39,797 bases of DNA from Minisyncoccia bacterium (GCA_049971465.1 JBMFLB010000002.1:1-39797); one strand, 5' to 3'; positions 16,914 through 26,202 are shown, counted from the stretch's first letter. Notes: generated by a model not told the origin, from the sequence alone. Numbers and translations are program-made.

Positions 16914-18071
16914 TTATATATTATCTAAGGTAATTTCTTCTTCATTATCTAAATTTACTGCTTCAGTTATGCCTCCTTCCTGTATTTCTTCTGGCCTTGA
17001 TTGAGATCTAATATCTAATTTCCAACCAGTTAATTTTGCAACCAAACGAGCATTCTGTCCTCCTTTACCAATTGCTAAGCTTAATTGATCATCAGCAACA
17101 AAAACTTTTGCTTCTCGTTTTGGTAAAATTTGCACCTCTTTGATTTTTGCTGGAGAAAAAGCATTAGCAATAAATTTTGCTGGATCATCTGACCATTCAA
17201 CTACATCAATTTTTTCATTGCCCAATTCATTGGTCACAGCTAAAATCCTTATCCCTCTTTGACCAATAACTGAACCAACCGCATCAATACCTTCCATTTT
17301 TGACAAAACCGCAACTTTTGTTCGATTACCGGGTTCACGAGCAATCTTTTTTACCTCTACTACACCATCAGCTATTTCTGGCACTTCTAATTCTAAAAGT
17401 CTTTGAATAAATTGAGGATGAGAACGAGATAAAACAATTCCGGGTTTTCCTTTTTCATCTTGCACGGCTAAAATATAAAATCTCATTCGGTCTCCTGGTC
17501 TATAATGTTCGCCTGGCACGCATTCATTTTTAAACATTATTCCTGCTGTTCTACCTAAATCAACATAAACATTTCCTTTTTCTAATCTTTGAATAATACC
17601 ACTTATTATTTCTCCTTCTTTGTTGGCAAACTCTTGTTTAATAGAACGTTTTTCTGCTTCTCTTAAATTTTGAATAATTGCTTGTTTTGCTACTTGCGCT
17701 GCAATTCTGCCAAAATCAGAATGGGTTTCAAGTTCAGTTTCAATAACATCGCCAACTTTAATATCAGGATTTGTTTTTTGCGCTTCTTCTAATAAAATAT
17801 GTCTATCAGGATTAAATAAAATTTTATTTTCACCAATTTCTTTTTCATCAAACACGACATCATTTTTATCAACTACTGTCTTTACTAACCAAAATTTTAA
17901 TTCACCAGTTTGGGTATCAAATTTAGATTTTATCACTTCACCTTTTTTTCTATATTCTCTTTTATAAGCAGCAGCAAAAGCTCCTTCTAAAGCTTCTAAT
18001 ACTGCTTGTTTATTTAAACCCTTTTCAGTTGCTATTTGATCTAATGCATTGTTAATTGTTTTTAAATCCAT
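16914..18071 (-). CDS. nusA: transcription termination/antitermination factor NusA
   Basis: It has an N-terminal NusA domain (IATEKGLNKQAVLEALEGAFAAAYKR), an S1 domain, and two KH domains (GQRGIRILAVTNELGNEKIDVV, IGKGGQNARLVAKLTGWKLDI). Confidence 0.92.
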   Translation of the reverse strand: MDLKTINNALDQIATEKGLNKQAVLEALEGAFAAAYKREYRKKGEVIKSKFDTQTGELKFWLVKTVVDKNDVVFDEKEIGENKILFNPDRHILLEEAQKTNPDIKVGDVIETELETHSDFGRIAAQVAKQAIIQNLREAEKRSIKQEFANKEGEIISGIIQRLEKGNVYVDLGRTAGIMFKNECVPGEHYRPGDRMRFYILAVQDEKGKPGIVLSRSHPQFIQRLLELEVPEIADGVVEVKKIAREPGNRTKVAVLSKMEGIDAVGSVIGQRGIRILAVTNELGNEKIDVVEWSDDPAKFIANAFSPAKIKEVQILPKREAKVFVADDQLSLAIGKGGQNARLVAKLTGWKLDIRSQSRPEEIQEGGITEAVNLDNEEEITLDNI

Positions 18072-18093
18072 AATTTTATTTTAGGTTAGTTTT

Positions 18094-18119
18094 ATAAAAA
18101 ACTCCACTGCCGTGGAGTC
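18094..18119 (-). terminator. GC-rich hairpin plus U-tract between yraN and nusA (terminator or leader attenuator)
   Basis: The minus strand reads gACTCCACggcaGTGGAGTtttttat (7-bp stem 18101-18107/18112-18118, 4-nt loop, T-run). It sits about 25-45 nt upstream of the nusA ATG. Confidence 0.5.
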
Positions 18120-18200
18120 AATAATGATTATAATACTAATATAAATTTTTTTGTCAAATAAAAATTTATGTTTAATAACTATATCTTGACAAAAATATAA

Positions 18201-18551
18201 TTATGTGATGTTCTTATAATGTTTAATTTCATTAGTTTTTAAATTAATTGCAATTAAATCTAATCTAAAACCATTCTTACAATATTCTGGATGATTATTA
18301 GCATACAGATAAGATATATTCTGAAAATTTTTAATTTTTTTAAATGTCATTTGCCATTCTGGCTCAATATCACTATTACTTGTTTTCACTTCAATCAATA
18401 CTAAAACTTTTTCATATTTATCAAAAGCAATAATATCAATTTCTCCATATTGTTTTTTAAAATTTCTTTCAATAATTTTATAATTATTATTTTTTAAAAA
18501 TTCTATTGCTAAATCTTCACCAGTATTTCCTATTTTTTTATTAAAATTCAT
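18201..18551 (-). CDS. yraN: YraN family (UPF0102) endonuclease-like protein
   Basis: It has GNTGEDLAIEFLKNNNYKIIERNFKKQYGEIDIIAFDKYEKVLVLIEVKT, the YraN pattern (GE..A..L...GY.I..RN.....GEIDII...LVFVEVK). ORF track starts at 18572. ATG 18551 (MNFNKK) fits the family N-terminus better. Confidence 0.8.
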   Translation of the reverse strand: MNFNKKIGNTGEDLAIEFLKNNNYKIIERNFKKQYGEIDIIAFDKYEKVLVLIEVKTSNSDIEPEWQMTFKKIKNFQNISYLYANNHPEYCKNGFRLDLIAINLKTNEIKHYKNIT

Positions 18552-18585
18552 ATTACAATAAGTATAAAACATTATAAAAAAACAA

Positions 18586-18660
18586 AAAAATGTTTCGACC
18601 GAAACATTTTTACTAAAAAATCACAAAAATGTTTCGACCGAAACATTTTTACTAAAAAAT
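18586..18660. repeat. two exact 36-bp direct repeats (period 39 bp), each a palindromic A-run/hairpin/T-run bidirectional terminator-like element
   Basis: aaaaatgtttcgaccgaaacatttttactaaaaaat occurs at 18586-18621 and again at 18625-18660. The core ATGTTTCG ac CGAAACAT is self-complementary and is flanked by A5 and T5. Confidence 0.6.
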
Positions 18661-18846
18661 TAGCAAAAAATGGAAAAAGTGTAGATTTCATCGCATTATC
18701 AGCTTGTCTAACTACTTATGAAAATAACAAATTAAACAATAAATTTATTAATATTGTCAAGATGCTTTGAAAAAAATGTAGGTTTTATGATAAAAAACTG
18801 ATTTTTCAATTCGTCGCATAAATACTACACTTTATTTTTTATAAAT

Positions 18847-18880
18847 AAAAAACTGAAAAATCAGTTTTTTCAGTTTTTTT
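18847..18880. terminator. AT-rich hairpin with flanking T-runs downstream of the S1-domain gene
   Basis: AAAAAACTGA aaaa TCAGTTTTTT forms a 10-bp stem (18847-18856/18861-18870), followed by cagttttttt. The element is symmetric, so it can act on either strand. A partial inverted copy lies at 18792-18808. Confidence 0.4.
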
Positions 18881-18978
18881 AGTTTTTACCAATTTTTTCA
18901 ATTTTTTAGGTTTTTTTAAATTTTTTAATTTTTTTAATTTTTAAAGTTTTTTGATTCTATGAATTATGTTTCATAAAA

Positions 18979-20034
18979 CTACTGATTTAATTTTAAAACT
19001 ATTCTTTTTTCATTAACATTAATAGACTCTATTTTAAAGCTATATTTATTTTTTATTTTTAAATTCTCTTTCATTAATTCTAAACCACCAAAATCAGTAA
19101 TTCTTACTACTCCTTGCAAACTATGATCTAAATTAATAATTGCACCAAATGGGGTATAAAAATATACTTCTCCCTCCACAATATCACCAATTTTATAATA
19201 TTTATTAACATCAATCCATGGATCAGTTAACAAAGCTTTTAATGAAAGATAAATCTTATCTTTTATATTTATAATTTTGCATTTTAAAACATCATTTATT
19301 TTGAATAAATCTTTAGGATTTTCAAACATTTTATAACTTAATTCATCAACTGGTATAAATGCATCAACATTGGGATCATCAACTAATTTTACAAAAATAC
19401 CAAAATCAGCAATACCACTAATAATTACATCAATTACACTACCAATCTTATAATTTTGAAATTTTTGTGTTGATGATTCCTGCTCGGTTAATTTTTCTGA
19501 AAGAATAATCTTGCTTGTTCTTGGGTTAAAATCAAGAATTTTTACATTTAAATCTTTACCAACCAGTTCATTTAATAATTCATTTAATTTTTGAGTTTCA
19601 ATATTATTTAAATCAACATTTTTTATTGAACTTAGCTGAGAAATTGGCAAAAATGCATCTAATCCTTCTACTTTAGTTATTAAACCTCCTTTATTAAAAC
19701 CCTTAATTGTTACATTTATAATTTCATCTTTATCTTTTAATTCAGCAATTTTATTCCAAGCTTTTTGCTCACCAATTTCAGTTAATGATAATTCAACATA
19801 TCCATCTTCATTATCTAAATTAATAACTTTAGCATAAATTTTATCACCAACTTTTAAATCTTCTAATGTTGATTTTGATCTAATTAATTCATAGCCATAA
19901 ATTACCCCAATACCAAAACGCCCTAAATCAATAAATAATTTTCTTGAACCTTCTTGATATAAAATTGTTCCTTCAACAATATCGCCCTCTTTTAAAAAAT
20001 TAAATATCTTATGATTTTTAGTTGTATTAACCAT
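18979..20034 (-). CDS. S1 RNA-binding domain protein (ribosomal protein S1-like, about 4 S1 repeats)
   Basis: It has repeated S1/OB motifs: GDIVEGTILYQ...LFIDLG, GDKIYAKVINLD..GYVELSL, ITKVEGLDAFLP, GSVIDVIISGIADFGIFVKL, GDIVEGEVYFYTPFGAIINL. 351 aa is shorter than the E. coli-type rpsA. Confidence 0.8.
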   Translation of the reverse strand: MVNTTKNHKIFNFLKEGDIVEGTILYQEGSRKLFIDLGRFGIGVIYGYELIRSKSTLEDLKVGDKIYAKVINLDNEDGYVELSLTEIGEQKAWNKIAELKDKDEIINVTIKGFNKGGLITKVEGLDAFLPISQLSSIKNVDLNNIETQKLNELLNELVGKDLNVKILDFNPRTSKIILSEKLTEQESSTQKFQNYKIGSVIDVIISGIADFGIFVKLVDDPNVDAFIPVDELSYKMFENPKDLFKINDVLKCKIINIKDKIYLSLKALLTDPWIDVNKYYKIGDIVEGEVYFYTPFGAIINLDHSLQGVVRITDFGGLELMKENLKIKNKYSFKIESINVNEKRIVLKLNQ

Positions 20035-20097
20035 ATATTCAAAAGATTAACATAAAATAATTGAAAATCAAGAGTAAAAGGTTTAAAATTAAAAAAT

Positions 20098-20649
20098 ATG
20101 ATTATCCATTCTAAAAACAAATACTATTTTGCATTACAAGAAGGAGACAATTCTATTTTAATAAATCCTGATAATCAAAAATCATTTAAGGGGACTGATA
20201 TTATTATTAATACTAAAATGCCGGCCTTAACTTCAAAACCAGAAACAAGACCGCCTTTATGGATTGAACATCAAGGAGAATATGAATCAAAACAAATAAA
20301 AATAAAAGGTTGGTCAATCAACACAAAAAATAATTATCAAACTGCTTATTTTATTAAATGGGATGATTATAAGATTATGGTTTTTGATTCTTTAACTGAT
20401 GAATTAAGTCCAGATTTAACATCTAATTTAGAAAAAGCAAATATTATAATATTAACAAGCGATGACAATAATATTAAAATCCTTAAAAATTCAATGCCAA
20501 AATTTATTATTATAAACGAACAAAACAAAATATTACCATCGCTTTTAAATTTATTTGGTATAAAAAATATAGAAAAAATCAATAAATTTACCCTTAAAAA
20601 ATCAAATTTAAGTTTAAATAATATTCAAGTTATATGTTTAACTTCATAA
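20098..20649 (+). CDS. hypothetical protein
   Basis: 183-aa ORF with no signal peptide or TM helix. It has a faint resemblance to MBL-fold proteins (ILINPDN...GTDIIINT) but lacks the HxHxDH motif. I make no call. Confidence 0.45.
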   Translation: MIIHSKNKYYFALQEGDNSILINPDNQKSFKGTDIIINTKMPALTSKPETRPPLWIEHQGEYESKQIKIKGWSINTKNNYQTAYFIKWDDYKIMVFDSLTDELSPDLTSNLEKANIIILTSDDNNIKILKNSMPKFIIINEQNKILPSLLNLFGIKNIEKINKFTLKKSNLSLNNIQVICLTS

Positions 20650-21092
20650 GTATAAAAATAAAAAAAATAAAATATTACCTAAAAACCATTCAAAAATTAG
20701 ATTATAAAAAAAGGAAAAAAATTTTTAATATTTTAACTATTTTAACAATGCTGTTAATTATAATTTTATGGATAATATATCTTCGCAACAATCAATTAGC
20801 AACATCTTTTAAAGAAGCTAGTAAAAGTTTCCAACAATATATGCCTCAATCAGAAAACCAATCAAGCTATGAAAATTTTTGGTCATCATTTAAAACTGGT
20901 ATTAATAAGATAAGCAGTTTATTTAAAAATGGTCTATCAATTATATCCCAAAATATAAATACATTTTATAATGATTATGTTACAAAAACCAATGATATAA
21001 ACATAACAACTTCTACTAATTCAACAATCAATATAAATAGCAGTTCTACTATGAACTTTGCAACAACATCATTTTCAACATCAACCAATTAA
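20634..21092 (+). CDS. hypothetical membrane-anchored protein (N/S/T-rich)
   Basis: 152-aa ORF with one TM helix ([18 protein letters not shown]) and an S/T/N-rich C-terminus. The start is uncertain. It overlaps the upstream ORF by 16 nt and ends 1 nt before the gyrA ATG. Confidence 0.4.
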   Translation: MFNFISIKIKKIKYYLKTIQKLDYKKRKKIFNILTILTMLLIIILWIIYLRNNQLATSFKEASKSFQQYMPQSENQSSYENFWSSFKTGINKISSLFKNGLSIISQNINTFYNDYVTKTNDINITTSTNSTININSSSTMNFATTSFSTSTN

Positions 21093-21093
21093 T

Positions 21094-23562
21094 ATGAAAA
21101 AAAATAAATCACCTGAACAAAATAATATTGATAGCACATCAAATATTCAAGAACAAGAAATTGTTGAAGAAATACAACAATCTTATTTAGATTATGCAAT
21201 GTCAGTGATTGTTTCACGTGCTTTACCTGATGTTCGCGACGGACTAAAACCTGTACAAAGAAGAATTCTATGGGCAATGTGGGATACTGGCTTAACTCAC
21301 CAAGCAAAATTCAAAAAGTCAGCAAATATTGTTGGTGAAGTATTAGGAAAATATCATCCTCATGGCGAATCAGCAGTTTATGATGCTTTAGCAAGAATGG
21401 CTCAAGATTTTTCTTTACGTTATCCATTAATAGATGGCCAAGGAAACTGGGGCTCAATTGACGGTGATAGCCAAGCGGCAATGCGTTATACTGAAGCACG
21501 TTTATCAAAAATTGCTCAGGAACTTTTAATTGATATTGATAAAGAAACAATAAATTGGATTCCCAATTATGATAATACCAAAAAAGAACCAGAAGTACTG
21601 CCAGCTAAACTTCCTAATATTTTATTAAATGGTTCAATGGGCATTGCTGTTGGTATGGCTACTAATATTCCACCGCACAACTTACAAGAAATAGCAGATG
21701 CAATAATATATTTATGCAATCATCCAGAAGCAGATACTGAAGAACTAATGCAATTTGTCAAAGGACCAGATTTTCCAACTGGTGGAATAATTTATGATAA
21801 AAATTCTATAATGCAAGCTTATAAAACAGGCCGTGGATCAATTACAACCCGAGGAGTTGCAGAAATACAAGAAAAGAAAAATGGCTATGAAATAATAATC
21901 ACCGAAATACCTTATCAAGTAAATAAAGCAGAAATGATTAGCCATATTGCTGAATTAGTTCAAGACAAAAAAATTCAAGGCATAAAAGATATTAGAGATG
22001 AATCTGATCGAGAAGGCTTAAGAATTGTTATTGAACTTAAAAATGATTCTTCCCCACAAAAAATTTTAAATCAACTTTATGAATATACTGATTTACAAAA
22101 AAATTTCCCAGTAAATATGGTTGCATTAGTCAATGGTTTACAGCCACAAACCTTATCGCTCAAAAATGTTCTTCAATACCATATTGACCATCGTAAAGAA
22201 GTCATTAAAAAAAGAACAGAATTTGATTTAAAAAAAGCTCAAGAAAGAGCACATATTTTACAAGGATTAGTTAAGGCATTAAATGCAATTGATAAAATTA
22301 TTGCAACAATAAAAAAATCAAAAGATCGTGTGGATGCCCATAAAAACTTAGTAAAAAATTTTGATTTAACACCAATTCAAGCCGATGCAATTTTAGAAAT
22401 GAGATTACAATCTTTAGCGGCTTTAGAAAAACAAAAAATTGAAACAGAATTAGAAGAAAAAAGAAAATTGATTAAAGATTTAATGTTAATTTTAAAAAAT
22501 CCAAAAAAAATTATTGAAATTATACAAAACGATTTAGAAGAATTGAAAAAAAATTATAGTGATCCGCGCCGAACTAAAATTATTACTACTGGTATAAAAG
22601 AATTTAAAGAAGAAGATTTAATTCCTGAGGAAGAAACAATTATTATCCTAACTAAAGATGGCTATATTAAAAGAACATCTCCTGATGAATTTAGAATACA
22701 AAACCGCGGCGGTAAGGGGTTAATTGGTTTAGATTTAAAAGATCAAGATGTAGTTATAAAATTTATTGCTGCTAACACCCATGATAATATTTTGCTTTTT
22801 ACTAACCAAGGAAGGGTTTTTCAAAAAAGAGTTTTTGAAATCCCAGCGGCTAACAGAACTTCTAAAGGAAAATCAATACATAATTTTATTGAGTTATCCC
22901 AATCAGAAAATATTGTAACTATTATTTCTTATAATCAAAAAGATTCTGGCTTTTTAACAATTATTACCAAAAATGGAATTATTAAAAAAATAAAATTAGA
23001 AAATACAAAAAATATTAGAAAAAATGGTTTAATTATTTTAAAACTTAAAAATGATGATGTTGTAAAACAAGCGCAATTAACCAGCGGACATGATATAATA
23101 TTAATAACCACTGCACTGGGTAATGCAATAATGTTTAAAGAAAATGAATTAAGACCAATGAGTAGAATTGCTGCTGGGGTAAAAGCATTGAAACTTAAAA
23201 ACAATGATCAGGTATCAGGTATGGATATAATCAATACTGAAATTCAAAAAAATTCAAGAAATCCAAAAATACTAACTATAACAGCAAAAGGATTTGCTAA
23301 ACAAACTCCTCTTAAGGAATACCATATACAAAAAAGAGGAGGCAGCGGTATTAAAACAGCTAAAATCACTGATAAAACCGGACCAATAATTGATTCTAAA
23401 ATTGTTGATGATACCTTTGAACAAATCATTGTTTTTTCAGCTAAAGGACAGGTATTAAAAACAGAATTAAAAACAATTAGAATTGCTAATCGAACAACTC
23501 AAGGAGTAAAAATTATGAATATAAATTCTGATGACAAAATAATTGGATTTATATGTCTATAA
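21094..23562 (+). CDS. gyrA: DNA gyrase subunit A
   Basis: It has [51 protein letters not shown], the active-site region [10 protein letters not shown], and C-terminal beta-pinwheel repeats. ORF track starts at 21058. ATG 21094 (MKKNK) follows the upstream stop directly. Confidence 0.95.
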   Translation: MKKNKSPEQNNIDSTSNIQEQEIVEEIQQSYLDYAMSVIVSRALPDVRDGLKPVQRRILWAMWDTGLTHQAKFKKSANIVGEVLGKYHPHGESAVYDALARMAQDFSLRYPLIDGQGNWGSIDGDSQAAMRYTEARLSKIAQELLIDIDKETINWIPNYDNTKKEPEVLPAKLPNILLNGSMGIAVGMATNIPPHNLQEIADAIIYLCNHPEADTEELMQFVKGPDFPTGGIIYDKNSIMQAYKTGRGSITTRGVAEIQEKKNGYEIIITEIPYQVNKAEMISHIAELVQDKKIQGIKDIRDESDREGLRIVIELKNDSSPQKILNQLYEYTDLQKNFPVNMVALVNGLQPQTLSLKNVLQYHIDHRKEVIKKRTEFDLKKAQERAHILQGLVKALNAIDKIIATIKKSKDRVDAHKNLVKNFDLTPIQADAILEMRLQSLAALEKQKIETELEEKRKLIKDLMLILKNPKKIIEIIQNDLEELKKNYSDPRRTKIITTGIKEFKEEDLIPEEETIIILTKDGYIKRTSPDEFRIQNRGGKGLIGLDLKDQDVVIKFIAANTHDNILLFTNQGRVFQKRVFEIPAANRTSKGKSIHNFIELSQSENIVTIISYNQKDSGFLTIITKNGIIKKIKLENTKNIRKNGLIILKLKNDDVVKQAQLTSGHDIILITTALGNAIMFKENELRPMSRIAAGVKALKLKNNDQVSGMDIINTEIQKNSRNPKILTITAKGFAKQTPLKEYHIQKRGGSGIKTAKITDKTGPIIDSKIVDDTFEQIIVFSAKGQVLKTELKTIRIANRTTQGVKIMNINSDDKIIGFICL

Positions 23563-23563
23563 T

Positions 23564-24820
23564 ATGTCATTAACAAAACCACAAATTATATTTTTAGGAG
23601 TTGTTTTACTAATAGTAATATTGGTTGTTGTTGGTATTGTTTTGCGTTCTTCATCTACTTCTACTGATAATCCTGCTACCATTCAAACAACATTAAATGT
23701 TTGGACTTTAAATGATAATGCTAATAATTATAGTGCAGCAATTTCTTCTTTTAATAGGATTTATAAAGGGGTTGATGTTAAAATAAAAACATTTACTAAC
23801 TATGATGCTTATAAAAATACAATAATAAATGCAATGGCTGAAGGTAATGGACCTGATATTTTTATGATCCCTAATGACAGCTTACAACAAAATATTAATT
23901 TTATTTCTCCAGTGCCACCAACATTATATACAATAAATGATTTGTCTAATCAGTTCCCTAATGTAGTTTATCAAGATTTTGTTTACAACAATCAAATTTA
24001 TGCATTACCAGTTTATATTGATACGCTTGCTTTATTGTATAACAAAAATATTTTTAACCAAAAAGGGGTTGCTTTGCCGCCACAAACTTGGAATGATTTT
24101 CAAAATACAATTCAACAAATAATAACCAAAGATCCTGATTCTAATCAAATTATTTTGCCTGCGGCGGCAATTGGTGGTTCATCAAATAGCATCAATTATG
24201 CGACTGATATTTTTTTAAACATTTTAATGCAAAATAAATTATTATCACCAAACACTGATATAATAAAACAATCTTTAAGTTTTTATACACAATTTACTAA
24301 TGCGGCAAATAATTATTATACCTGGAATGATTTTATTGGAAAAGATTTTCAAATGTTTGGACAAGAAAAATTAGCAATGATATTTGCCTATGCTAAAGAT
24401 TTACCAACCATTCAACAACAATATCCTTTAATCAATATTGCAACAACTAATTTCCCTCAATTCGATTCAAATAATAAAATATCATTAGCAAAATATTATG
24501 GTTATGTTGTATCTAAACAAAGTACTAAAAAAAGCATAGCATGGCAATTTGTTTTACAACTTACAACGCAACCAAAAAACGCTAATAGTTACATTAGCGC
24601 CAGAAAATTGCCTCCGGCCTTGAATTATTTAATAAATCAAACTGCTAATATACCAAATATAGGCATTTTTGCTAAACAAAATCTATATGCAAAATCATTT
24701 CCTATAAATAATCAAGCAATAACATCATTATCAGATATAATAGCTAAAATAATTTCTGGACAATTAGATATTGATAAAGCTGTAAATCTTGTCAAAAATA
24801 TATTAAACTTAAATAATTAA
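23564..24820 (+). CDS. extracellular solute-binding protein-like (ABC family 1 SBP fold), membrane-anchored, no permease or ATPase partner in the window
   Basis: ATG 23564 gives a TM anchor (IIFLGVVLLIVILVVVGIVL). LNVWTLNDN...FNRIYKGVDVKIKTFTNYDAYKNTIINAMAEGNGPDIFMIPNDSL matches the N-terminal lobe pattern of sugar-type SBPs. Confidence 0.5.
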   Translation: MSLTKPQIIFLGVVLLIVILVVVGIVLRSSSTSTDNPATIQTTLNVWTLNDNANNYSAAISSFNRIYKGVDVKIKTFTNYDAYKNTIINAMAEGNGPDIFMIPNDSLQQNINFISPVPPTLYTINDLSNQFPNVVYQDFVYNNQIYALPVYIDTLALLYNKNIFNQKGVALPPQTWNDFQNTIQQIITKDPDSNQIILPAAAIGGSSNSINYATDIFLNILMQNKLLSPNTDIIKQSLSFYTQFTNAANNYYTWNDFIGKDFQMFGQEKLAMIFAYAKDLPTIQQQYPLINIATTNFPQFDSNNKISLAKYYGYVVSKQSTKKSIAWQFVLQLTTQPKNANSYISARKLPPALNYLINQTANIPNIGIFAKQNLYAKSFPINNQAITSLSDIIAKIISGQLDIDKAVNLVKNILNLNN

Positions 24821-24821
24821 G

Positions 24822-25244
24822 ATGGTGAAAGAACTAAAAATTAATAATTTAATATTTTCAATCATTTTCTTATCAATAATATTTTTGCCTTTCATGGCTC
24901 AAGCAATAAACATTTGGAATGGTACCGGAGGGTGTAACAATGCTTCCAGTGCTTCTGCCAGTTGCAATGTCTGCGATGCAATTATTGTAACACAAAATAT
25001 AATTAATCAAATTTTAGTCCCATTAGCTTTAAGCGGAGCTACAATTATGATACTGGTTGGTGGTATAATGATGATGACCTCAAGTGGAAGCGAAGAAAGA
25101 TTAAAAAAAGCAAAAGGAATTTTATTTAATGCAATAATAGGATTAGTAATTGCATTAGTTGCTTGGGTAATCGTTAATGAAATATTACATGTTCTTGTCG
25201 ATGCTCCTACCGCCAGTTGGTGGGCAACAATTCAATGTCAATAA
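24822..25244 (+). CDS. VirB2/TrbC-type 'T4SS pilin-like' small membrane protein, paralog 1
   Basis: Signal peptide (FLPFMAQA), a Cys-containing segment (GGCNNASSASASCNVCDA), then two helices separated by a charged loop: LALSGATIMILVGGIMMMTSSGSEERLKKAKGILFNAIIGLVIALVAWVIV. Confidence 0.6.
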   Translation: MVKELKINNLIFSIIFLSIIFLPFMAQAINIWNGTGGCNNASSASASCNVCDAIIVTQNIINQILVPLALSGATIMILVGGIMMMTSSGSEERLKKAKGILFNAIIGLVIALVAWVIVNEILHVLVDAPTASWWATIQCQ

Positions 25245-25774
25245 TGAAAAACACAAAATATATTTTCATAATTTTAATAACAGGTTTAATTTTGATTAAA
25301 CCAATTTTTGCTTTAGCTGATGAAGAATTACAGATAAATTTCTGGTATATCAAAGATATGGAGTGTGTCCCATGTCTTGAGAATGAGGATTGCAATTACA
25401 ACTCCCTCTTGACAAAATATACCAGTGAAACGGTGTGCCTCAACCATCTTCTAGATCTAGAGCAGACATCAGAAGATAGTGGTGTAACTATCAGAACAAC
25501 AACTTATCGACCATCAAGGGGATTACAAAATCCAATAAGTGGAGCTAGTAATGTTTTTGATGTAATAAAAAAAGTAATAAAATGGTTGGTTATAACTGTT
25601 GCGCCAATTTATGTCATAATGATTTTGGTTGGAGCATATCAAATATTATTTTCTGCTGGTGATCCAAAAAAAGTTCTTATTGGCAGAAATACAATAATGT
25701 ATGCTACAATTGCATATGTTATAATATTATTAAGCTGGGGACTGAGTAGTATAGTAGCCAGCTTATTACAATAA
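25244..25774 (+). CDS. VirB2/TrbC-type pilin-like small membrane protein, paralog 2 (longer ectodomain)
   Basis: ATG 25244 overlaps the upstream stop (TAATG). Signal peptide (LIKPIFALA), a Cys-rich ectodomain, then VITVAPIYVIMILVGAYQILFSAGDPKKVLIGRNTIMYATIAYVIILLSWGL. Confidence 0.6.
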   Translation: MKNTKYIFIILITGLILIKPIFALADEELQINFWYIKDMECVPCLENEDCNYNSLLTKYTSETVCLNHLLDLEQTSEDSGVTIRTTTYRPSRGLQNPISGASNVFDVIKKVIKWLVITVAPIYVIMILVGAYQILFSAGDPKKVLIGRNTIMYATIAYVIILLSWGLSSIVASLLQ

Positions 25775-25798
25775 AAGGTCGAAAATATAACAATATAA

Positions 25799-26134
25799 AT
25801 GAAAAAAACAATAATTAAAGATTTAGCAATAATAGGTCTGATAAGTTTGCCGCTATTAATTTTTGCTCAAGAAGAAGCTCCAACCTATGTATCAAGTATA
25901 ACTGATATACAAAGCATAGCAATGAGTATTCTAAAATGGCTTTATACACTATTCTTTATAGTTGCTGCTATTTTTATAATTTTAGCAGCAGTTGGTTATT
26001 TAACAGCTCAAGGAGAAGAAAAAAAGGTTGAGCAGGCAAAGAAAAAACTTATCAATGCTGTAATTGCTATTGTTATTGCTTTATTAGCAATGAGCTTTAG
26101 GGCAGTTATTGAAAATTTTCTTCGCGGCAGATAA
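25799..26134 (+). CDS. VirB2/TrbC-type pilin-like small membrane protein, paralog 3
   Basis: Signal peptide (LPLLIFAQE), then LYTLFFIVAAIFIILAAVGYLTAQGEEKKVEQAKKKLINAVIAIVIALLAMSF. It has the same two-helix/charged-loop layout as paralogs 1 and 2. Confidence 0.6.
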   Translation: MKKTIIKDLAIIGLISLPLLIFAQEEAPTYVSSITDIQSIAMSILKWLYTLFFIVAAIFIILAAVGYLTAQGEEKKVEQAKKKLINAVIAIVIALLAMSFRAVIENFLRGR

Positions 26135-26152
26135 ATAAAATTATTAAATAAT

Positions 26153-26181
26153 AAAAGCCTGTATGAAATATACAGGCTTTT
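26153..26181 (+). terminator. rho-independent terminator after the pilin-like gene trio
   Basis: AAAAGCCTGTA tgaaata TACAGGCTTTT forms a perfect 11-bp stem with a 7-nt loop. It ends in a T-run, 19 nt after the stop at 26134. Confidence 0.7.
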
Positions 26182-26202
26182 ATTATAAAATAAAATTACA
26201 AA

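Noticed and set aside
18586-18660. Possible CRISPR array (also considered for 27764-27833)
   Set aside because: Each locus has only two repeat copies, with spacers of 3 nt and 17 nt. There are no cas genes in the window. The 18586 element is a palindromic terminator-like unit.
3485-23429. Short antisense or alternative-frame ORFs inside trpS, ileS, gyrA and others (3485..3757, 4285..4506, 6100..6303, 2563..2775, 11234..11449, 20367..20582, 21089..21307, 21311..21550, 22935..23204, 23244..23429). The same applies to 25207..25395, 26706..26924, 29546..29812, 33081..33509, 34407..34592, 36677..36868 and 38953..39138.
   Set aside because: All lie within well-supported genes on the opposite strand or in another frame. 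They have hydrophobic or low-complexity translations typical of AT-rich antisense frames, and none shows a start-site signal.
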